A stretch of 64,000 nucleotides of DNA from Ramazzottius varieornatus (taxonomy: Eukaryota; Animalia; Tardigrada): the NCBI GenBank assembly GCA_001949185.1, contig BDGG01000022.1, forward strand, positions 124,001 through 188,000. The letters are read 5' to 3'. This document shows, one piece after another, positions 38,004 to 49,999 of this stretch. How positions within the stretch are numbered: position 1 is the stretch's first letter; each line of letters begins with the position of its first letter. A program made the position numbers and the translations under genes. The notes below the pieces were generated by a model that was given only the letters and a program-made list of their open reading frames with translations, made no database searches and was not told where the DNA came from.

Positions 38004-41000
38004 ATGGAGTCGAGAGGGGATGACAAAGAGAGAAAGCGTCGCTCCAAACGAGATAAGGCTGACTTGGACAGGCCTGACAGATCGTCCAGTGGAAAAGGGG
38101 AGGAACAACGCCATGGAAAAGAGCACAAGTCAGCTAAGAAAAGTAAGAGATCCAAGCGGTCCCGTTCGCGCTCGCCGCTAGACCGAGAAGTTAGTGGGGC
38201 AACGGAAACGAAGGTAAAACCGGCCACTGGCAATGCAAACCCTTTATCCCCTTCTCAGACTTTTGACAACACTAGACTCGACAAATCCGACAAGCCTTCA
38301 AGATCAACCAAGCTACCTTTGATTTCGGAGGCCTCGGCTGAAAGTTCCAATACAGTGGGTGATGGCGTAGGAGGAGGAGGAGGTGGTCATCAAGAGGAGC
38401 TCTCCATTGAAGAAACGAAGTAAGCCTTTTGTGACCGAATCGATTTTCTTGATTACTTGACTGGTCACAGATAAATTCATTTCATCAAAATCTGATTCAA
38501 ATTTCTTCTCTTGTAGCAAAATTCGAACCAAGTTGGGCTTGAAGCCCCTTCAGGTCGGTGGAGCTGGGAAAGGGGGTGATGGTTTGGAGGCGTCTTCTAG
38601 CAAGAAAGAAGATGTCCATGCGCCAGCTGTCAACTTGGCCGAAGTCAAGAGGACGACGACGACGAGGGAGAAATTGGAGACGTTGAAGGAGAAGAAGAAG
38701 CTAGAACGGAAATTACGGTAGGTAAGCCGGCTTCTGGTCAAGCTGCGGAGTGGAAGACGAAGCCTTGTTCTTGTTGCAGGTCAGTTAAGAAGTTGGGAGA
38801 TGGCGATGAGGAGGAGAGTGCGGCGGCCTGGATCGAGAAGAATCGCCGCATTGTGGAAGAGAGGAAAAAGGCCGAAGAACGCGTAAGCTTTCTTTTAGAC
38901 CGATCCCTCTTTCCATATGTCTCACTGCTGATTTGCTCTGTTTGCATTTTAGGAAAAGTTACAGGAAGAGATGGACGCGCAGAACGATCAAGAAGACGTG
39001 TCAAGACGACAAAGGCGTTACACGGCACAAGATTTGGCTGGCTTGAAGGTGGAACACGACATGGAGCGTTTTCAAGAAGGCCGCGATGTCATCCTGACAC
39101 TCAAGGACCAATGTAAGAAAGTCGGCTTCGCGGTTTTAACCTGACTTTGTTGATGGACTACTTTGTTTTATCATCGTCGAGTTCTTTATAGTAGCGTTTC
39201 AAGTGAGGCATGGCGGTATTGTCTTTGTAGATATTCTGGGTGAGGATGGGGCAGAAGACGTCCTGGTCAGCACAGCCCTTAGCGAAGAGGAACGGTTGAA
39301 GAAGAATCTGGAGAATAAGAAGAAGAAGGCAACATACAATCCTTACGAGAATGCCGACGAGCTGGACCAGTTTGGCAACCTGGCGCCACCGCAGATGCTG
39401 AAAAAGTATGACGAAGTCATCGGAGGGGAAAAGAAGGGCGCTTTCGTACTCGGTATTACAGAAATATCAAACTGAGTTTCAACTTGTTTCGCACCTACGT
39501 TGGGGAGCTTTCCCCTTGACCATATATGTGTGTGTTTCAGAAGCAGGAGGTCAAACATTGGCGGCCAGTGGTGGACCGCGTCCGTCGGGAGTTGGAGAGA
39601 GGCAAACAGTAGACATCAGCCAGGTACTTTCAAGTGAACACCGAAAGTTGTAATTGCGCCTTTAGATGTAGGCTTGGTTGGGATGTTGAAAGAGTTGATA
39701 ATTTTGTGGCTTGTAGTTGCAAGATTTGTTGTCGGCGCCGCGCAACTTGGCCCGGGAGTACTTTACGGAGGAGGAAGTGGCCAGCAAGTTCAAGAAAGTT
39801 AAGAAGCCCAGAGGTGCTGGCGGGGGACGACACAGTGGTCGCGCAGCCAGGGAGGAAGCTGACGAGGAGGAGCAGCCTGTGGCCCCTTCCTCTCGCAGCG
39901 TCGTCATCGATGATGAACGCGACGACGTCCACCTGCAGTTGGCCGTCAACAGGACACTGCGCATGCGGCAGCAAGCCGAGCTCATTTCCGTCAAGATGGA
40001 ACCGGACATTGATGTAAGCTTTTTCCTTCCTGCAGTATCGATAACCAGTTGTTTTGCTTAATGGTCTCTTGTCATTTTCTGTAGGTGAAGATGGAGAATG
40101 AGGAAGAAGCCATGGGCGACAACGGCAACACGGTGTACCTCAACGACACCTCCGAGTTCTGCCGGACTGTAGGTGGCTTCTCGCGCCACAAGGCCAGTGC
40201 GGCGCAGGCCGACACTGAGGCCACCTCCTACTTGGTCCAGCCGATGGAAGTCGAGTCCTCGGCCTTTTACAGGGACCTGCTGGACGACGACAGGGAAGAA
40301 GTCAAGGGCGGCTGGAGCGAGGTGCAGTTCGAAGCCGAACCAGCCAACCTCGGCAGTGACGACGAAGAAGACGCAAGACCAACGGGAAATAAGGGCCGAC
40401 GCGAGGGAAATGGCCACAGGAAACAGGTACGCACAAACTCCTTCGACAGCTCGACAAGCAAAGCGCTCGAAGATTGTTTTGCCAAATGGCGCACGCCTTG
40501 GGCCAGTCAGACTGACAAGGTGCGCCACTTGGGACAAGAATCTTTTCAAGCTTCTTTGCCGAGCTCGCCAAGTGCTGTCGACGTACAGTGCTTGAATGAT
40601 GAGCTTGCAAGTTACAGGCCCACTTTGTGTATTACAGGCTGCGTCGATTTTGGACGAAGAACCGACAGCGGATCGCGGTGTGGCTGCCGCTCTGCAGTTG
40701 GTCCACAACAAGGGCTACATCGAGCGTACAGTCGACAAGAAGCCGCAGTCGCTTCTGCCGCCCGGAAAGCAGTCGTCCATTCCGCAACAGTCCTACTTTG
40801 TCGAGGACAAAATACTGTAAGTCTTTTAGTCTTTGCCCTGGAGATCAGTTTTATATGGATCGTTTGATTTAATTACAGGGAGCACGATGAGCGCCGTCCC
40901 AGTCGCCACGATCGGTACGCCGGCCCCACCGTCCCCTTCAAGGAGAAGGCGGGATACCAGCCTAGCTTTAAGCTGGCCTACCACGACGCCACCGGACGTT

Positions 41001-41353
41001 CCCTCAGCGAGAAGGAAGCCTTCCGCGACCTGTCCCACAAGTTTCACGGCAAGACGCAGGGCAAGACCAAGACGGAAAAGCGCGAGAAGAAAGTCAACGA
41101 GCTGCAAGTATGTATTGGTACAGCACTCTCGTCGCTGGTCCAGCTTGTCTAGCGGAAGACATAGTCATGACTCTGTCTGCTTGTCTTGTAGATGCTGAAG
41201 AGCATGAGTTCGACGGATACCCCCTTGAATACGGTCCACAAGATGAAGTTGAAGCAGCAAGAGCTACAAACACCCTACATTCTCCTGTCGGGCGCCGCCA
41301 CCGCCAAAGGACCCACTCCCATCTCCAAGCGCCCCACCAATATCGGCCATTAA
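38004..41353 (+). CDS. SART1: U4/U6.U5 tri-snRNP-associated protein 1 (Snu66)
   Basis: HIND motif [73 protein letters not shown]...QTPYILLSG. Confidence 0.95.
40483..40531. repeat. 49-bp palindromic element core (SART1 intron)
   Basis: CAAATGGCGCAC-N25-GTGCGCCACTTG, with outer arms AGCTCGACAA...TTGCCGAGCT. Confidence 0.85.
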
Positions 41354-42859
41354 AAAGTCTCATGTTCATACAGCAGCAGGCACTTCTTGTATAGCTCACT
41401 TGATCATTTCTCGCTAGGTATGGCTGAATAGGCAGACAGTGTGCGTCATTGCTGTTACTACAGTGATTTGTGCTACATCCTACTCCATTACAGACGGAAG
41501 CTTGACGGTGTCTTTTACTCTGTGCATGAAGTGGTCGACACGCGAGTCTTGAAGTGGCGAGGGACTGTTGTTTGGTCAGTGGCTTTCTTCCTGCTGACTG
41601 GGCCGTTTTTACCAGAAGTTGACACGCTTTCCGCATCCGTAATAACCAAATTTCAACCTGCTTTCTCAACCGACACAACTTCTCTTGCACCATAGATAGA
41701 TTAAGGCACTGACATTAGTCGAGTCTTTTGTTTGCCCTTCGTCTTCCGTAAACTGAGGGATGAAACTTCGTTCCCATCGTACATCTCTTTTACAAGCTCT
41801 CTCCTAGTATTTTTGCTCCAGTCATACGGTTATCGGTATCGTTCCGAGCTAGCAGATTTCGGTCAGGAGAGCCGTCGCTGGTCTTTGCTGCCAAATGACT
41901 GCGGACAAGTTATTATGGAGAAACTTTGGCTTGTGGTGGAGTTGTGCAGCCTGTTATTATTGTGTCTTTGGAATGTGATCAGTCCCACAGGTACGTGTAC
42001 TGTCAGTCCCGCCACTCCAGGCAGGCTTACCCCTTGGTCTTACGACAATTGGACAATTACTTGTTTTCTCGACAGGTGCTTGTTCCTTCCTCGATCCTTG
42101 TATGGTAGGTGCCGGCTCTTCATTCTTACGGGCAGTCTGACGGTGGTGTGGCGATCGCAGCCAAAAGTCAAGTGGCCTTCTCCTTTGTAGGGAGTGAAAT
42201 GTCCAGCTGTCGCTCAAGAGTGTAACTGGGCTTTCCCTTATTGCCAAAAGCACGTCTGCCCTCCCATCGCCACTTGTCAAGGTACGACTAGTCTTCCCTG
42301 GCCAGCTTAATATTCTCCTTTACAATCATGGTCTATCCATGGTTATTGGAACTGTCGGCAGTGGAAACTGAGCCTTGGTCTTTACAGATCCTTGCGCGGT
42401 ACGTCGCAACTGCCCGATTCATCTTGAATATCATTCTTGCTACATTGACGATATGCTTGTTGTAAACATTAGGACGTAAGGTGCAACAGGGAGGAGGAAT
42501 GTGTGGTGGTGGAGGAGAACTGTCACCAGCCGCTCTGTCCGGTCACTGCTCGTTGCAACGGTAGGCTAGCTACCCACCCCCCAATGGCACAAGGCACTAT
42601 TCCAGCATCTTGATCTCATTGCAGCTCGCCAACGCCCAGGACGTTGTCCAGAGGAGCCCAACTTTCACATTACCAGTTGTACAGCTCAGTGTCAGGACGA
42701 CCATCTCTGCCCCAGAAATTACAAATGCTGCAACGGCTACTGCATTCCGCCCATCATATAACGGGGCTCGTCCAGTCTTTCCAGCCTGTCAACTAGGCTT
42801 CTCACAGCTAGCTGCTTGATCAAGCGACATTTATTATAGAGTCTACCCACACTTGGTTT

Positions 42860-44008
42860 TCATCTTGGTGTATTTGCTGACAGCAGAAAGTCTGAGAAAC
42901 ATTCCTCCAGCGTTGAACGTTGTTGGTCCGTTAACGAAGCCGAAGCATCGCCGAAATTATCCAATAGATGGCCAAGATCAGCTTCCAATGGAAGAGGATC
43001 GAGGCCACTGTTGGCGCAACCAAAAGGCATATTTTGCGTCCCAACAGAAAGAGAAAATTGACCATTAGGCCTTTCTTGCTCCTTGGTTGTCGGCTTTTTA
43101 TGCCTACTGGTTACCGTCAGTTTGACCGTTCTTGGCACAGATGTCTTTGTCGTTTGAGGCCCTTCCGTCCCTCCATAAGAGCAAAGTCCGTCAGGAGAGA
43201 TTGCCACAGTCGGTCTTGAGACTTTCGATACTGAAAAGCACACAAAAGAAGTTAGAAACAAGCCTAGGAATAGAGCGAAATGCAGACCATCGAGACACCA
43301 CTCCGACATGGAGAGCATAATTATGGCGTCAGCGACCTTTGCTGAAGCTACGTCATGCGTCCATTTGATTGGAGAAGCATACATTAATTTTAACATTTCC
43401 TCACCTTTTGACAGGGATGAAGACGACACTGAAGACAGATTTAGTGATGGCTTCACTTTCTGCAGCTTCTTGCTAGGTTCGACGAGACCGTCCGCAGTAA
43501 TGGAACGTTTTCGACAGTGAGCAGAGTCCACAGCAAAGCTGCTAGGCGAAGCATTGACTGTCTTGTCCAGCTTTCGTAGCTGCTGCACAATTTCATGAAT
43601 GGACAAGTTATCACGCTCATCGAAAAGGGCTGTGGCCTTCCTCTCGTGATCCCACCATGCCTTTTCCAGCTGTACAGAAGCAGGAGCGTTACTGGGATAG
43701 ACCGACGGTGAGGGAGCCTTACTGTGTGCGCCATCACTGTTGGACAATTCCGCAGTGCTGTCGCAACGAGTTATGCCATCGACTTTCTGGCCCACAGTCA
43801 GTGTGTCGCTTGACAGCATACCATCGACAAGTCGGTTCTCTTCCAACGCTTCTTCACATTGTACCAAGAAGGCATCTTTTTGCGCTCCAACGTCAAATGA
43901 TGAGAGGGTATCAGTGAGAGTTGCTCCCTCCACCGAGTCGATTTCTTCCAGCAGCGCTACCACGGATCCCACTGATACTTCGGGCGCTTGCGCAATCTCC
44001 TCAGTCAT
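42860..44008 (-). CDS. Uncharacterised Ser/Glu-rich protein; probably contains short in-frame introns and may extend to further exons on either side (~41480-44400)
   Basis: 382-codon open frame with protein-like composition (e.g. AWWDHERKATALFDERDNLSIHEIVQQLRKLD) and flanking splice signals. No family recognised. Confidence 0.45.
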   Translation of the reverse strand: MTEEIAQAPEVSVGSVVALLEEIDSVEGATLTDTLSSFDVGAQKDAFLVQCEEALEENRLVDGMLSSDTLTVGQKVDGITRCDSTAELSNSDGAHSKAPSPSVYPSNAPASVQLEKAWWDHERKATALFDERDNLSIHEIVQQLRKLDKTVNASPSSFAVDSAHCRKRSITADGLVEPSKKLQKVKPSLNLSSVSSSSLSKGEEMLKLMYASPIKWTHDVASAKVADAIIMLSMSEWCLDGLHFALFLGLFLTSFVCFSVSKVSRPTVAISPDGLCSYGGTEGPQTTKTSVPRTVKLTVTSRHKKPTTKEQERPNGQFSLSVGTQNMPFGCANSGLDPLPLEADLGHLLDNFGDASASLTDQQRSTLEECFSDFLLSANTPR

Positions 44009-45894
44009 CTTTCCAGCAGTTCCCAGCTAACACCGCTGTCCTGTACGACCGTGCTTGTTGATTCGACCATGGAGGACCCGAAAGAAAACTTTCCGACAAG
44101 GCGACAACTGATCATGACTAAAGAGTGTAGTACGAGAGTGTAGTAACCTGCAAGGCACCTGAATGCTGACATAACATATCACTGTTATGTTGTCATGTAA
44201 GCCGAGTTCGCGCTGTAACACAGCTGGGCATTTACCGCTTCCTGACCATTGTCCATCTCTGTCCAGCCCACCCAGTAGCCCCCGTACTAATTATTTCTGT
44301 CTTGCCACTCGCCACCGCTGTTGTTGTGGCAAGATGACGGAAGAATACGGTCACCGTGGACGTTTTTTCTGAAGAGTTCGGGTCCGGGGTCGCCACAGCC
44401 ATCGCCTCAACGGTTCGTAGTTTAATTTTACAGGGGAAAGCTATTAGTCTGGTGAGGATGACATTGGCGTCGTATACTCTGCCACAGCGTCGGTTGTATT
44501 CCCTATGCCTATCTCTCAAGTTCCTCATCGACGGCCATCGAACCCGTCATTGGAATGCACACTGTATAATATGGCCAGGGCTCTTCCAACCACAACTGAT
44601 TCTTCGAAGAACAGCCGAAATGTCATGTTCTAGGATCATCCCCCGGAGTACCCCAAGAACCTGACCTCCATGTACTTCCTAACAAGCATCAGACCAGCTG
44701 CCTGTCACTCCGCTGGAAAACCTCGAAAACCCAGGTAACCTGGATGTGTATGAACGATAACCGGCTTCCATTACCGTCCGCAGACAAAAAGTTCGGCATA
44801 TTAAGGCTATACATCAGCTTCTGTCATAATCATCAATACGATATAAATCCTGACAGCAAGAAAGACTTTCGGTGGGAACTAGAGAATTTACCAGCTGGGT
44901 CTATGCTGCACACGATAACGACGCAAATTACCAACGACTCTACGCAAAAAGTTATTAGAGAGATTTACACCGCTTCGGAGATGGTCTCATCAATGTATGC
45001 CGATGAGGCGCTGATGGTTCGTCATCCCATGCATCGCTGGAAAAGACTCCCAATAATCTGTGGGGAAAGCCCGGCCCGGCACAGGAGCGGCTTTGAATTT
45101 CAACCTGAAAGTAAACTTTCGGCCGTCATCTTCATTCTGTTGGAATTCTTAGCAGATTGCGTGAGAGGAACTTGCCTTGGCTTCTGTATCCGCCATCGCC
45201 GCGTCCACCCCGAGATCGATGAGGTCCGCCGTATCCTACAGGTCCCTCCAGCGATATGTCCACCTGTACAGTACTGTACTACCGGCCAAATGTAGCTAGG
45301 GAAAGTAGTGACAGTTGGCCAAACTTCGATGGCAGCTGAGAGGACCGGGTCTAAGAGGAGTCGGGAACTTTGGAAAGTGCAAGATCCGGAGCGTCGTTTT
45401 GATGCTAATAGGAAGTGGCAGACAGGAGTGGCCCCTACGCGTGCGACGGACCCGGGTCCCGGGAGCATTATTCTGTACAGATATACAATGCCATTTTTCT
45501 AGGGTTTGTTGGTGTGCAGTCTCTGCACTGAAAGACTGGCTTGCGTCATGGCCCTGTTATCTGGTCAATGCAAAGAGGCAGGTAGATATAAAGGCTGTGC
45601 ATGACGTCATTTGGTTGAACTGGTGCGCCATGCGTCATGCTGCTCTTTCAGACTTTTCTTGCACCCAGGGTTTTGATCTTGATAATTGATATTCCGAATT
45701 TTTGACGGGAGACTGATTTGGGAATATTTTGTTTTAATTTCATGCATCACGTAGACGGCCTTTCATACATTTCTCATCTAAAAGAACGAAATGATGATCA
45801 TTGCTGTTTGTGATCGGGATATCGGTGGGTCATGATCCTGGCGGAGCTTGAGTGAGGCGGAGCAGTGGCTGGCTGTGCAAGTGCAGTCTTGTGT

Positions 45895-45955
45895 CTTCCT
45901 TCCTTCCTTCCTTCCTTCCTTCCTTCCTTCCTTCCTTCCTTCCTTCCTTCCTTCC
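45895..45955. repeat. (CTTC)15 microsatellite
   Basis: Uninterrupted tetranucleotide run about 300 bp upstream of the first G-alpha-s ATG. Confidence 0.97.
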
Positions 45956-46251
45956 AGGTGGGAACTTGTTGTCTTGTGCAGTGCGCGAAGACGAACACCA
46001 TCTAGCTAATGTGGTTGTATTTGCAGTTTATTCCTGTGTGGCTTCCTGTAGAGACGGATGGGTAACTGTGCATCTGGCGTTGTGATATAGTTGCGCCAGC
46101 GAAGGTCGAAGCGTAAGAAGCGTGAGTTGAACCATTCGCGATCCCCAAACTTGCGCAGCTGTACTGGACAAGTCTAGCAAGCAGTGTATGTTCTGTAGTG
46201 GATCACGAAGAGGATAGTCGGCCAGTGTCGGTAGGCTCGAGCAGCGGGATT

Positions 46252-48572
46252 ATGGGATGTTTTAGCACGTCACGGACGCAGACCGATCCGGAAGATGATC
46301 GTCTACAGAAAGAGCAGAATAAGAAGATTGAACAGCAATTGCAGAAAGACAAGCAAGTCTACCGCGCCACACATCGCCTTCTTCTCCTGGGTAAGTCCTC
46401 CATCCTGGTCTTCTTCAACCTTCTGCTGGCCCGCGGGACAGCTTGGTGACCCAAGGAATGGCTGGCAGTGGCAATGCGAGCCATGCAGGCCGATCAGCTG
46501 TCTTTGGGTGGATCGACTTGATTCTTGATTGACGCTGGGCCGCCTGCCCACCGTTAAAGTGCCTTCTGCCTTCCCCCCTCATTTACCTGTTCGTTTCTGC
46601 TGTTGCAGGTGCTGGTGAATCTGGCAAGAGTACCATCGTCAAGCAGATGAGGATATTACATGTTGCTGGCTTTGATGAAGAGTAAGATTGTATGGAAAAG
46701 CGAGACATAACTGACCCCTGCTATAATTGCCATTCTGTGCCATGCTTCTAACACGCTGCGTCCTGTGATGGAGTAGAGGCGGCTAATGTGGCCTGACCAT
46801 GTCTGTCCTGCAATATGAATGACAAGCTAGTGATTGCTGTGCTTTTTAGGGAAAAGAAGCAGAAAATCGCCGAGATTAAGAAGAACATCAAGGATTCCAT
46901 TGTGGTATGTGTGTCAGACTCTGCTGCCTTGAATGTTTATGTCGGTATTGAGGGAAAATCAGTGTTGGCCTGTGGTAGATTATAACGGGTGCCATGAAGA
47001 CGCTAGAGCCTCCCATAACGTTGGAGAGGCCGCAAAACCAGGAAGCCGTGGATTTTATGCAGAGTATTGCCGATGTGGAACCTTACAATTATCCACCGGT
47101 GGGTAGCATCAGCTTCTTAATCAAGCCCTTATTTTGTGGAGGAGAATGGCATGGAACCTGTGTCAAAGGGGGAGGCAGAAGTGGAAGTGCTGGTCAAGTG
47201 GACTTTATGCTGTCGGCCGTTTGGCCCACTAATTTGCAGCTGTCTTTTTTTCAGGAGTTTTGGGATCGGACAGAAGCCTTATGGGTCGATGGCGGTGTTC
47301 AAAAGTCCTTTGAGCGCAGCAACGAGTATCAACTGATCGATGCTGCCAAATAGTAGGTTGACGTGTTCTGTGAGAAGTCTGGGTCGGCTTGTTAGCAGCA
47401 CTTTCTTCCGTTGCAGTTTTTTGGATAAGGTAGCCGAAGTGCGGCGTCCCGATTACTCGCCCTCGCAACAGGTACGGTCAAGCCTCTGGCCTTCTTCCTT
47501 TGTCCCGCTTCCACTGCCACCTTCTGTCTTTCAACTTGTAGGATATCCTACGAGCTCGAGTTCAGACGTCGGGCATATTTGAAACAAAGTTCAGTGTCGA
47601 CAAGGTTAATTTTCAGTAAGTAGAAACCAGAGGAAAAGTCAGGCTAAAGGTATGAATGATTGAATGGGGGCCATGTGCCTTCGTAGTATGTTTGACGTGG
47701 GTGGTCAGCGGGACGAGCGGCGCAAGTGGATCCAGTGCTTCAACGACGTGACGGCCATCATCTATGTCACCTCCTCCAGCAGCTACGACATGGTCCTCAT
47801 GGAAGACACCTCGCAGAATCGCCTGAAAGAATCTCTCGACTTGTTCAAATCCATCTGGAATAACAGGTCAGTACCTCTTTTTGGCACCTCGGCCAACAGG
47901 CTGGACCACAGGCGCACATGCCCAGCCTATAACACTGCCATGCGCGCCTCTTGCAAAGTCCATTATGCCCAGCTGCCCCTCTCTTCCATTTCCAATCTTG
48001 CCTCAAGTTATCAATGGTTGGCTGTTATAAATGTCTATACTTGGGCAGGTGGTTACGGACGATATCGGTGATATTGTTTCTAAACAAGATGGACCAGTTG
48101 GAAGAGAAGATTACTGCCGGTCGTTCCAAGCTGGAAGTTTACTTTCCCGACTTTGCTCGTTACACAACCCCGCCCGATGGTCAGTACACAATGTGCTACT
48201 GTCCTGCCGCTTTTCGACCTTGACTAATGTTACAGCTGTGACTTTACAGCCAAAACCGATCCTTCGGATAATCCGGAAGTTGTTCGTGCCAAGTATTTTA
48301 TTCGCGATGAGTTTCTGGTGAGCGAGAGCCTTCTTGTCCCTCGTGGGGCTCCTATGCTCCATTGTCAAGACTTGTTGTGGTGCATTTGGTGCTGTAAGTG
48401 TAACGTCTCTATGGTCTTTCTGCAGAGAATTAGTACGTCAAACGGGGACGGCAAGCACTTTTGCTACCCTCACTTTACCTGTGCCGTCGACACGGAGAAT
48501 ATTCGTCGCGTCTTCAACGACTGCCGCGACATCATCCAGCGGATGCATCTGCGGCAGTACGAGCTGCTGTGA
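46252..48572 (+). CDS. GNAS: G protein alpha-s subunit, copy 1 (near-canonical)
   Basis: MGCF..., [85 protein letters not shown]-terminal [33 protein letters not shown]. Confidence 0.97.
47906..47953. repeat. Degenerate palindromic element core (G-alpha-s copy 1 intron)
   Basis: CCACAGGCGCAC-N24-GCGCGCCTCTTG, with outer arms GGCACCTCGGCCAA...CCCAGCTGCCC. Confidence 0.6.
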
Positions 48573-49240
48573 AGAAAGAGACAGCACCACTCGTTGCATT
48601 TCTGCCCCCGGTTGAAAGAGAGGACGGACAGGCACTGTGTACAGTAGAAGATTGACGGTCGGTCGGACTGAATCACATTGATTCTCCCAGCCAGACAAGC
48701 AACACACAAGAAAACTCTACTTCACCCCCCTTCGAAGCTAATTTTCTTCTTATACAATAATCTGTCTGTTTTTTTCAAGTCTCATCTCTTCTTCTCCTCC
48801 TTTACGTAGCATGAGGGTAAGGTCAGGTCAGTTCAGTACTTCAGTTAGTCGTTGAAAGGAAAAGAGCTACGCTGCCTTTTCGTTATCTTTTTTCTAGCTC
48901 CCCCCAACTTCCTCCTCTTTTTCAGCTGACATGAGTTAGTCATTAGCCAGGTTGGTCAGCCTGCTCGACGAACCGTCGAGTCTTTAAGCTTTTGTCTTCT
49001 GGTCTTAATCCAGTCATTCGTTGTTGTTGATATGTGACGTTGTGTCAAGCTTTATCGTCCTCTTTTGTTCAACTGTCTGCAAGAAAGGTTTGCCATAAAG
49101 AAACAATCTGCTCTCCTTCCTGACGAGATTGCATGCGCGTCTACCTGCTCCGTCGGCCAGTCTTAGTAATGGCCGCAGGTTTTCATAAAGCTGTCAACAT
49201 TGCCATGTCGGCCAACGAAGCACAAGTCAAATTGTCGCCT

Positions 49241-49289
49241 CAAGCGGCGCAAGTTGTCATTGGTAAGAAGTGGAAGAGTGCGCCACTGG
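49241..49289. repeat. 49-bp palindromic element core (between the two G-alpha-s genes)
   Basis: CAAGCGGCGCAA-N25-GTGCGCCACTGG. Confidence 0.75.
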
Positions 49290-49999
49290 AGATAACACCT
49301 GCATACGTTTTATTTGTCGTCCTCCCATCTTCCAAATCCGATGAGCACGTTATCAAAACAGCAAGTCGATCTGCAGGCTGATAAGTTATGGCAATGAAGC
49401 ACACCGCACCCCAGCGTACGCCCATATCTCTCCTGTTACGTGCCGACGATACAGTGCCAAGACCAGTGCCGCCAGGTTGCAACTTGTTATTGGCATCTAA
49501 ACTACGTGCTTGCTTGTCACCGAGAAGCGAAAACGGTGTGAATACAGCAGCACCTATCTCGTCTTAGGTTGCGGAGTCCAGATAAGCGACAAAGCTTGTC
49601 GCACCCAAGTAGCGATAAGAGGGACAGTCGCCCACCGGTGCATTACTGGGCACCATCTACAGCTGCCTGCAAAGATAGCAGTACAGTGGATTTGACGTAG
49701 TACCTGACTGTCTTGCCTTGCGGCACACCGTTGTTGAGCTAATTGTAGTTAAAGTTCTGTTGATCTTGCAAGTGAGCAAGTGAGGCTTGCCGCTGTTGGC
49801 CATAATGGCAGATCATCTTGGAGATAGCTGAGAGCAGCCAATATACCTATCCTTTCTGCTGCGGCCAAGCCCGAGCAGGGGTTGTAGCATCGTTAGCGCA
49901 ACATTCTCTTTGGCTTTACGGTGTTACGGTATAAATAAGAGTGGTAGCGGATTACCAGGAATTGTTCGTGGGAACTAACTTAGTGAGGGGGTGTGCAAG

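Noticed and set aside
44744-45295. 183-aa plus-strand ORF as a gene
   Set aside because: No recognisable motif or splice context, and coding-like signals here are equally weak on the other strand.
1874-49289. CRISPR array or integron attC interpretation of the palindromes
   Set aside because: Copies are dispersed in spliceosomal introns, are not in a repeat-spacer array, and no cas or integrase gene is present.
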